The notes beneath the pieces were generated by a model, which searched no databases, was not told the origin of the DNA, and was given only the letters and a program-made list of their open reading frames with translations. A stretch of DNA of 64,000 nt, from assembly GCA_944342015.1 (NCBI GenBank), contig CALVMC010000001.1:327645-391644 (forward strand), written 5' to 3'. The position numbers and the translations under genes are program-made. Positions 57,155 to 64,000 of this stretch are shown here, piece by piece. This stretch comes from an uncultured Clostridia bacterium (GTDB taxonomy: Bacteria > Bacillota > Clostridia > Christensenellales > CALVMC01). Every line of letters starts with the position of its first letter. The first letter of the stretch is position 1.

Positions 57155-57757
57155 CTAAAAATTTTTTATAAATGTTTTTCTGTGAATTTCACAAGGACCG
57201 ATTTCTCTTAACGCTTTTATATGTTCCGCCGTACCGTACCCTTTATTTTTATCGAATCCGTAATAAGGATACCTTTTTGCCATATCGAACATATATCTGT
57301 CCCTCGACACCTTTGCTATAATCGAAGCTGCCGCAATAGCATAACTTTTCATATCCCCTTTTACTATATCGTATTGCAAAATATCGCTTTCTATTTTAAG
57401 GGCATCGATTAAAAGAACATCGGGTTTTAACTGCAAGCTGTTGGCAGCTTGCGACATTGCTTTTTTTGTGGCATTCAGTATGTTTATTTCGTCGATTTCT
57501 TTTTCGTCGATAAATTTAACGGCATATATTCCTGTTTCAATAAGTTTTTGAAAGAGTTTTTCTCTTTTTTCCGCACTTAACTTTTTACTGTCATTTACCC
57601 CTTCGATAATATTTTCCGGATTAAAAATATAACAGGCGGCAACTACGGGACCTGCAAGCGGACCTCTTCCCGCCTCGTCAATACCGCATATTATTTTTTT
57701 ACCTTGCTTTAATAATTGCTTTTCATATTCGACAGGAGCAGTTATTATATTTCTCAT
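57155..57757 (-). CDS. rnhB: Ribonuclease HII
   Basis: 200 aa with the catalytic motif GIDEAGRGPLAGPVVAA. Confidence 0.9.
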   Translation of the reverse strand: MRNIITAPVEYEKQLLKQGKKIICGIDEAGRGPLAGPVVAACYIFNPENIIEGVNDSKKLSAEKREKLFQKLIETGIYAVKFIDEKEIDEINILNATKKAMSQAANSLQLKPDVLLIDALKIESDILQYDIVKGDMKSYAIAAASIIAKVSRDRYMFDMAKRYPYYGFDKNKGYGTAEHIKALREIGPCEIHRKTFIKNF

Positions 57758-57938
57758 TACTTCCTCTTTTTGAGCATTTAGTTTTAATCAAATTCAAATT
57801 TAATTAATCAATGCAAATAAAAACAACTGTTTATACGATAAATCAAACTACATTTTTTTAATAGACTTTAAAAATTCGAACAATCATATTAAACAAACCG
57901 TAAATAAAATTTAAATACAAAACCGATATTAAAATCAA

Positions 57939-58811
57939 TCAGCTATCGAATACATCATCGGCTTTTTCAAGCATAAGTTTACCTATTCTGCAATTTCTGA
58001 AATCGTCTATCAAAGCCTTTGAAATTCTTTCATAATCGCACTCTCCGCCTTTTTTTAGACAATTACGGTTTATACACGCTATTTTAATTAAATCGGCAGG
58101 AGTTTGACCGTGCTCAAAAATTTGCTCTTTCGTAATTTTATAATACTGACAAAACTTTTGCAAATATCTTTCCGAAAGAAAAGCCACAAGTTCAAACGCA
58201 AGTTCTTCACTGTCAAGAATTACATCGTTAATGCTTCCTATCAAAGCAGTATGACACGCCAGAGTTTTATTTTCAAATCTCGGAGAGAGAGTTCCGGGAG
58301 TATCCATAAGGTCAAGATTTTCGGAAATCCTAACCCATTGTCTACCTCTTGTCACTCCTGCTTTATTCCCCGTTTTTGTTTTTTTGCCACCGCATAGTGA
58401 ATTTATAACAGTAGACTTTCCTGAGTTAGGAATACCTATAACCATTCCTCTGACGGTTGCATTAACACCTTTGTTTTTAAATTTTTCGATTTTCGATTTG
58501 TTAAGTATTTTTAATTTTTCGATGATTTCTGCAACATCTTTTTTTGAATTTCCCTGAGAAATTACAACGGATTTTCCTTCATTTTCGAGTCGTGTTTTCC
58601 ATGCATCTATATCTTCTCTTTCAACCATATCGGCTTTGTTAAGAATATATAAAACCGGCTTATCTTTAACAAAAGACAAAAACTCCGGATTAAAACTTGC
58701 GGCAACAGCTCTTGAATCGAGAATATAAACAATGCAATCCACGCATTTTATATCCTCTTTCATCTGCCTTAAAGTTTTAGTCATATGACCGGGAAACCAC
58801 TGTATATTCAT
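57939..58811 (-). CDS. rbgA: Ribosome biogenesis GTPase A (YlqF/RbgA)
   Basis: Begins MNIQWFPGHMTKT and has circularly permuted GTPase motifs (NKADM, GIPNSGKST, DTPG). Confidence 0.9.
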   Translation of the reverse strand: MNIQWFPGHMTKTLRQMKEDIKCVDCIVYILDSRAVAASFNPEFLSFVKDKPVLYILNKADMVEREDIDAWKTRLENEGKSVVISQGNSKKDVAEIIEKLKILNKSKIEKFKNKGVNATVRGMVIGIPNSGKSTVINSLCGGKKTKTGNKAGVTRGRQWVRISENLDLMDTPGTLSPRFENKTLACHTALIGSINDVILDSEELAFELVAFLSERYLQKFCQYYKITKEQIFEHGQTPADLIKIACINRNCLKKGGECDYERISKALIDDFRNCRIGKLMLEKADDVFDS

Positions 58812-58877
58812 AATGCACCTTTTTCGTTATATTTTCAAAGAATTTTAACTGAAATGAAAGAATTTTAACTGTAATAT

Positions 58878-59573
58878 TTATATTTTATTGCGATTTTTAT
58901 AATATTTACGGTATAAATCCGGTCTTAATTTGCGAGTCAGTCTTACGCTTTGTTTAAGTCTCCATTGTTTTATCAGTTCGTGATTTCCGCTAAGAAGGAT
59001 ATCGGGAACCTCTATTCCGTTATACACCCTCGGCTTTGTATATTGAGGATATTCGAGAAGATAGTTTTCAAAACTTTCCTCTTCCGTAGTTTCGTTATTT
59101 CCCAAAACTCCGTCTTTCAATCTCGACACGGCGTTTACTATAATCATCGACGCCAGCTCCCCTCCCGTAAGTATATAATCTCCAACGGAAATTTCCTCGT
59201 CGATTTCTGCGTCTATAAACCGCTGATCGACTCCTTCATAACAACCGCAAACCAAAGTCAGCTCTTCATATTCGGCTAACTCTTTGACCTTATTCTGGTC
59301 AAGTCGTGTACCCTTTGGCGACAGGTAGATTCTTTTACTTTTCCTTTCCGAATCCACGGCATTTACGGCATCGGTCAAAGGTTGAGCGGTCATAACCATA
59401 CCCGCTCCTCCACCGTATGGCGCATCGTCGCATTTTTTATGTTTGTCCAAAGAATAGTCACGGATATTTACTATATTGAGAGCGATTATACCCTTCTTTA
59501 CAGCCCTTCCTATTACTCCTGACTGCAAAGGAAGATAGGCTTCGGGAAAAAGCGTAAGTATATTAAACTTCAT
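58878..59573 (-). CDS. trmD: tRNA (guanine37-N1)-methyltransferase
   Basis: Begins MKFNILTLFPE at the ATG at 59573 and contains YEGVDQRF and GDYILTGGELASM. The 43 upstream codons of the ORF-track ORF overlap rimM and are not coding. Confidence 0.9.
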   Translation of the reverse strand: MKFNILTLFPEAYLPLQSGVIGRAVKKGIIALNIVNIRDYSLDKHKKCDDAPYGGGAGMVMTAQPLTDAVNAVDSERKSKRIYLSPKGTRLDQNKVKELAEYEELTLVCGCYEGVDQRFIDAEIDEEISVGDYILTGGELASMIIVNAVSRLKDGVLGNNETTEEESFENYLLEYPQYTKPRVYNGIEVPDILLSGNHELIKQWRLKQSVRLTRKLRPDLYRKYYKNRNKI

Positions 59574-60066
59574 TAACCGATACCTCTTTGAAAATATTGT
59601 CGTCAACCTTAATAATTTTATTTTCGATATCGACAGAGACAACAAGAGAAGAAATAAAAGGAAACAGAATTTTTTTGCCGTTATTTTCAATAACATAAAC
59701 ATCTCTGTTTAATTTGTTTTTCATAATTTCAATTACCTTTCCGTAACAGCAATTTTCCCCTAGTACCGAGCAGCCTATCACATCGTCTATAAAATATCTG
59801 TCCGAACTTTTGACAGAATCCTTTCTATAAACAAATATGCTTTTACCTCTTAATTTTTCAGCTTCGTTCCTGTCGGAAATTCCTTCGATTAAAAGAAAAG
59901 CGGCACGGTCAATCGTGCGCACTTTGATAACCTTTTTTTCCGCTCCGTCTAAAATTATATACGAAAGTTTATTGAAACGAGAAATATCATCGGTTTTAGG
60001 TTGAATCTTAATCTCGCCTTTAATTCCCTGCGGTTTTAAAATTATCCCTATTTCAATTAAATTCAT
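59563..60066 (-). CDS. rimM: 16S rRNA processing protein RimM
   Basis: 167 aa with N-terminal IGIILKPQGIKGEIKI and a PRC-barrel C-terminal region. Conserved rpsP-KH-rimM-trmD order. Confidence 0.85.
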   Translation of the reverse strand: MNLIEIGIILKPQGIKGEIKIQPKTDDISRFNKLSYIILDGAEKKVIKVRTIDRAAFLLIEGISDRNEAEKLRGKSIFVYRKDSVKSSDRYFIDDVIGCSVLGENCCYGKVIEIMKNKLNRDVYVIENNGKKILFPFISSLVVSVDIENKIIKVDDNIFKEVSVNEV

Positions 60067-60070
60067 AATA

Positions 60071-60301
60071 TTAAGCCTGAGCTTCTTTTATTTCTACAAA
60101 ATATTTTTTTCCGTTTCTGCTTGCAGATTTAACTATTGTGCGGATTGCCTTGGCAATTCTGCCCTGTTTTCCGATTACCTTACCTATTTCGTCTTTGGTT
60201 ACGGTAACGGTAATTAGAGCGTTTTCGTCGTCAACTTCAACAGAACAGCCGTCATAATTATCTACTAATTCTTTAACTATATATTCAACTAATTCACGCA
60301 T
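60071..60301 (-). CDS. KH-domain RNA-binding protein (YlqC-like)
   Basis: 76 aa with the KH GXXG context GKVIGKQGRIAKAIRTIV. Confidence 0.8.
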   Translation of the reverse strand: MRELVEYIVKELVDNYDGCSVEVDDENALITVTVTKDEIGKVIGKQGRIAKAIRTIVKSASRNGKKYFVEIKEAQA

Positions 60302-60313
60302 ATTTTCACCGTA

Positions 60314-60562
60314 TTACTTTTCTATTATCCCGGCTTTTTTGAGCATAGCACGAACGGTATCAGTGGGTTGAGCTCCGTTATTAAGCCATTTTTTTGCAAG
60401 TTCTGCGTCGATTTTGACTTCTGCCGGATTTTTATTAGGATCATAAAAACCTACTTTTTCAAGATACTGACCGTCTCTTGCCTTTCTTTCATCGATAGCA
60501 ACTATACGATATGTAGGATGTTTTTTTGCTCCCATTCTTGTTAATCTTAATTTTACTGCCAT
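60314..60562 (-). CDS. rpsP: 30S ribosomal protein S16
   Basis: Begins [31 protein letters not shown]. Confidence 0.95.
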   Translation of the reverse strand: MAVKLRLTRMGAKKHPTYRIVAIDERKARDGQYLEKVGFYDPNKNPAEVKIDAELAKKWLNNGAQPTDTVRAMLKKAGIIEK

Positions 60563-60587
60563 TTTTATATAACCTCCATATTTCCGT

Positions 60588-61916
60588 TTAAAACGGTAAT
60601 TTTCCGAATTTTTTTACACCGCCGTTAGCCATATGTTTCATCATAAGTTTGGTGTTGTCAAATTGTTTAAGCAACTGATTTATATCCTGAATAGTTGTTC
60701 CGCTTCCTGCGGCTATTCTTTTTTTCTGACTCGATTTAATGCGTTCGGGTTCGGTTTTTTCAAGAGGAGTCATGGATTGTATGATAGCCTTCATTTTTTT
60801 GATACGCCCTTCGTCTATTTCCATATTCGAAGCGTTTATTTTATTTCCGAGCCCCGGAACCATTGAAAGCATTTCCTGAATGTTTCCCATTTTTCCGATA
60901 TTATCGAATTGTTTTAAAAAGTCGTCTAATGTAAAAGTTTGCTGACGGATTTTCTTTTGTAATTCCTGCGCCTCTTTTTCCGAGATTATTGTCTGCGCTT
61001 TTTCAATTAAAGTAAGAACATCGCCCATACCTAAAATACGGGAAGCCATTCTGTCCGGATAGAAATTCTCTATATCTTCGGGTTTTTCGCCTATACCGCA
61101 AAGCTTTATAGGTTTACCGGTAACTTCTCTTATCGATAAAGCCGCACCGCCTCTTGTATCACCGTCGAGTTTGGTAAGTATAGAACCTGTAATACCGAGT
61201 CTTGAATTGAATGTTTCGGCAACATTAACAGCGTCCTGACCTGTCATCGAATCCACCACGAGGAGTATTTCGCATGGTTTAACGCTTTCTTTGATTTTTT
61301 CAAGTTCTTTCATTAACTCGTCGTCGATATGAAGTCTTCCCGCAGTATCGATAATGACGACATCGTGGGAATTTTTTTCTGCGTGCTTAACTGCGCTTTC
61401 TGCAATTTTTACGGGATTACCCTGTCCCATTTCGAAAACGGGAACCTTTACCTTTTCCCCCATAACTTGAAGCTGCTTAATTGCCGCAGGCCTGTAAACG
61501 TCGCAAGCTGCAAGAAGAGGATTTTTACCTTGCTTTTTTAGCATCAGCGCAAGCTTTGCGCACATTGTGGTTTTACCGCTGCCTTGAAGACCGCACATCA
61601 GATAAACCGAAACTTTTTTATCGGAAAAAGTGAGTTTGCTTTGAGTACTTCCCATAAGGGCTATGAGTTCATCGTTGACGATTTTTATAACCTGTTGGTC
61701 GGGCGTAAGACTTTCAAAAATTTTTTCGCCCACAGCCTTATCGCTGACACGCTGAACAAAATTTTTGACGACTGTAAAATTAACATCGGCTTCAAGAAGA
61801 GCAACACGGACTTCTCTTAAAGCTTGTTTGACTTCGAGTTCGGAAAGTTTTCCCTTATTTTTCAATTTAGAAAAAATATGACCGAGTTTTTCACTTAAAC
61901 TGCTGAATGCCGCCAT
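60588..61916 (-). CDS. ffh: Signal recognition particle protein Ffh
   Basis: [14 protein letters not shown] and [12 protein letters not shown] motifs, plus a Met-rich M domain. Confidence 0.95.
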   Translation of the reverse strand: MAAFSSLSEKLGHIFSKLKNKGKLSELEVKQALREVRVALLEADVNFTVVKNFVQRVSDKAVGEKIFESLTPDQQVIKIVNDELIALMGSTQSKLTFSDKKVSVYLMCGLQGSGKTTMCAKLALMLKKQGKNPLLAACDVYRPAAIKQLQVMGEKVKVPVFEMGQGNPVKIAESAVKHAEKNSHDVVIIDTAGRLHIDDELMKELEKIKESVKPCEILLVVDSMTGQDAVNVAETFNSRLGITGSILTKLDGDTRGGAALSIREVTGKPIKLCGIGEKPEDIENFYPDRMASRILGMGDVLTLIEKAQTIISEKEAQELQKKIRQQTFTLDDFLKQFDNIGKMGNIQEMLSMVPGLGNKINASNMEIDEGRIKKMKAIIQSMTPLEKTEPERIKSSQKKRIAAGSGTTIQDINQLLKQFDNTKLMMKHMANGGVKKFGKLPF

Positions 61917-62245
61917 CAGTTCACCTCCGTATAATCGTAAAGGTTTTTCAGAGCCGATACAGTTTTTTTATTATCGCACTCATTTATAATTTCGAGAATT
62001 TTCTTTTGCAGTTCTTCGTTCTTTTTCACAAGCGCAAGTTTTTTTTCATATTCGTTCATTAAAGCTGTGGAACGAACAATAATATCCCTTACAGCCTGTC
62101 TCGAAACATTTAATTCTTTGGAAATTTCAAATAAAGACATATCCATATCGAGATAGAATTTTAAAACTTCCCTCTGTTTATCCGTAAGGAGCTGCCCGTA
62201 ATAAGAAAGATATTTACCGTAAATAACTTTATCTATAAGTTCCAT
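61916..62245 (-). CDS. ylxM: YlxM-family (UPF0122) putative DNA-binding protein
   Basis: LTDKQREVLKFYLDMDMSLFEISKELNVSRQAVRDII. The stop overlaps the ffh start (TGATG). Confidence 0.8.
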   Translation of the reverse strand: MELIDKVIYGKYLSYYGQLLTDKQREVLKFYLDMDMSLFEISKELNVSRQAVRDIIVRSTALMNEYEKKLALVKKNEELQKKILEIINECDNKKTVSALKNLYDYTEVN

Positions 62246-62288
62246 TACTTAAAACTCCTTGCAAGGTGTAAAGGATAAATACTTTACA

Positions 62289-62317
62289 AGTATAATCGAT
62301 AAAACGATTAAAGTCAA
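62289..62317 (-). promoter_or_regulatory. Putative sigma-A promoter of ylxM-ffh operon
   Basis: Minus strand reads TTGACT (62317-62312), a 17-nt spacer, then TATACT (62294-62289). Confidence 0.5.
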
Positions 62318-62438
62318 GCATTTTAATAAAATAAATTTACACAAAAAAATAGTTTTTTAGTAAATAATAACATATTAGTCATAACCTAAAATAAATAAAT
62401 TATAAATAAAAATATAAATTATATATAACAAATTAAAT

Positions 62439-62467
62439 TTGACAAAAAATATTATAGTTGATATAAT
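62439..62467 (+). promoter_or_regulatory. Putative sigma-A promoter of the CNNM-family gene
   Basis: TTGACA (62439-62444), a 17-nt spacer, then TATAAT (62462-62467). SD AAGGAG lies before the ATG at 62498. Confidence 0.6.
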
Positions 62468-62497
62468 TTAACCTAAATTAAATTTAAGGAGAAAATA

Positions 62498-63871
62498 ATG
62501 ACAGACAGCTCCATATGGGCTTTAAGCATAACGTTTGTTATAATGGTTTTATTTTCGGCTTTCTTTTCGGCAACGGAAACAGCCTTTTCGGTAATGAACA
62601 AGCTGAAAATAAAAAATCTTGCCCAAAAAGGAAAACGCAGAGCCGAACTTGCGCTTAAACTTTATAACAAATACGATAAACTGATATCCACAATACTTAT
62701 CGGAAACAATATAGTAAACATAACGGCAGCAACTATTGCAACGGTATTGTTTTCTCACAGTCTGGGTGAAAATATAGGAGCAACCGTATCCACGGTAGTT
62801 ACGACAATAATAGTATTAATATTCGGCGAAATAACTCCTAAAAGCCTGGCAAAGGAAAATCCGGAAGCCATTGCCCTGTTTTCAAGCCCCCTTATTTATG
62901 TAATGTATATAATTTTATGGCCATTAAACTATCTGTTTACCGGTATAAAAATAATAGTTTCAAAGTTGTTTAAATCCAAAAAATACGATTCTGCCGCCGA
63001 AGAAGAGATAATAACTCTTGTCGAAGAAGCCGAAGAAGACGGCAGTCTTGAAAAGCACGAAGGCGAACTTATAAAGAGTGCGGTATCTTTCAGCGACCTT
63101 GAAGTCATAGAGATAATAACTCCGAGAGTTGATATTATCGGAATTAATGTCAATGACAAAGTGCAGAACTTAAAGAAAATATTCAACGAGAGCGGATATT
63201 CGAGAATACCCGTATTTAAAAATTCCATTGACAATATTATAGGAATGGTCTCTCTTAAAGATTTTTACAAAAGAGCGGACGAACAGAATTTAACGATATC
63301 CAAATTGATGCAAAATGTAGTTTATACTACCTCCACTACAAAAATCTACGATTTACTTAAAGAACTTCAAAAAGGGAAAAATCAGATGGCAATCGTAGTA
63401 GACGAATACGGAGGCACAAGAGGACTTGTCACGATAGAAGATATTCTGGAAGAACTTGTCGGAGAAATATGGGACGAAACCGACGAAGTAATCGAGGAAG
63501 TCAAGCAAATCGGCGAAGATAAGTATATAGTAAACTGTTCTATGTCTATTGAAGATTTTTATGAAAAATTCAATATGAATCCGGACGATATAGACGAAAA
63601 CGATTACGATTCGACCACTTTAAGCGGATGGGTAATAGAAGAACTCGGCAAACTTCCCGTTGAAGGAGATTCTTTCACATACGCAAATCTTAACATAAAA
63701 GTAACTAAGATAAACCGCAGAAGGGTATTGGAAATCGAAGTTACTAAATTAATTGAAAAAGAAGCCGAACAAAACGGCGACGAAGATTTGGCAAGCAAAC
63801 TGTCAAACTTTCTCGGAATAAATAAAGACAAGGAAAAAGATAAAGACAAAGAAGAAAAAGCGTCTGAATAA
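62498..63871 (+). CDS. CNNM/CorC/HlyC-family membrane protein (DUF21 + CBS pair + CorC_HlyC)
   Basis: 457 aa with an N-terminal 4-TM DUF21-like region, a CBS-pair region (SGYSRIPVF, MAIVVDEYGGTRGLVTIEDILEELVGEI) and a C-terminal transporter-associated domain. Confidence 0.85.
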   Translation: MTDSSIWALSITFVIMVLFSAFFSATETAFSVMNKLKIKNLAQKGKRRAELALKLYNKYDKLISTILIGNNIVNITAATIATVLFSHSLGENIGATVSTVVTTIIVLIFGEITPKSLAKENPEAIALFSSPLIYVMYIILWPLNYLFTGIKIIVSKLFKSKKYDSAAEEEIITLVEEAEEDGSLEKHEGELIKSAVSFSDLEVIEIITPRVDIIGINVNDKVQNLKKIFNESGYSRIPVFKNSIDNIIGMVSLKDFYKRADEQNLTISKLMQNVVYTTSTTKIYDLLKELQKGKNQMAIVVDEYGGTRGLVTIEDILEELVGEIWDETDEVIEEVKQIGEDKYIVNCSMSIEDFYEKFNMNPDDIDENDYDSTTLSGWVIEELGKLPVEGDSFTYANLNIKVTKINRRRVLEIEVTKLIEKEAEQNGDEDLASKLSNFLGINKDKEKDKDKEEKASE

Positions 63872-63892
63872 ATTATTATAAGTATATAAAAC

Positions 63893-63918
63893 AAAAGCCT
63901 CTTTAAGAGGCTTTTTTA
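63893..63918 (+). terminator. Rho-independent terminator
   Basis: GCCTC (63897-63901) - TTTAA - GAGGC (63907-63911), followed by TTTTTT. Confidence 0.8.
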
Positions 63919-63940
63919 ATTATCTATATAATCACTGCAA

Positions 63941-64000
63941 TTATTCCAAGTCAAGATTTTCCAAAGTTTTTTTAAGTAATTTTTTACCGTTTTTAACCAT
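63941..64000 (-). CDS. Possible 3-prime end of a minus-strand gene entering from the right edge
   Basis: Open frame from the window edge (…VKNGKKLLKKTLENLDLE) to TAA at 63943-63941. Too short to identify. Confidence 0.2.
   Translation of the reverse strand: MVKNGKKLLKKTLENLDLE

Noticed and set aside
59574-59702. 43-codon N-terminal extension of trmD that looks like a signal peptide.
   Set aside because: It overlaps the 3-prime end of rimM in another frame. TrmD homologues begin at MKFNILTLFPE (the ATG at 59573).

Overview
Low-GC (about one third G+C by eye), standard-code, Firmicutes/Clostridia-like chromosomal segment, with most genes on the minus strand.

**1 to ~7.6 kb:** packaging/head module of a prophage or phage-like element. 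It contains a sigma-like regulator, terL, portal, scaffold and capsid, runs off the left edge, and directly abuts housekeeping genes.

**7.7-34 kb:** ordinary core genes and their regulatory elements.
- Core genes: RluA-family synthase, methyltransferase, ileS, cysteine desulfurase plus DUF3343, S8 protease, pgi, dCMP deaminase and pepF-lipoprotein-dnaB.
- An ArsR/HMA/P-type ATPase metal operon with recognisable operators.
- thiT behind a clear TPP riboswitch.
- groES-groEL behind a variant CIRCE element.
- A PocR/AraC regulator with gldA-dhaK-dhaL.

**34.6-53.1 kb:** the accessory region I consider most interesting, all on the minus strand.
- Two giant BspA-type leucine-rich-repeat lipoproteins (3176 and 1567 aa).
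- A pseudo-receiver SARP/OmpR-like regulator.
- An operon encoding a small membrane-anchored protein, a ParM/StbA-type actin-like ATPase and a 432-aa Q/P-rich disordered protein in the ParR position.
- Six same-orientation GGAAC(A/G)(C/G) heptamers in three 11-bp-phased pairs.
- Three tandem 27-bp TATCGA-containing repeats lying between two terminators.

**53-64 kb:** a CrtI-family flavoenzyme with an FNR-like 2Fe-2S reductase, a sugar O-acetyltransferase, the conserved ylxM-ffh-rpsP-KH-rimM-trmD-rbgA-rnhB-yraN block and a CNNM/CorC-family membrane protein.

I recognised no rRNA, tRNA or CRISPR array. All calls rest on reading the translated ORFs and the DNA by eye. No database search was run.
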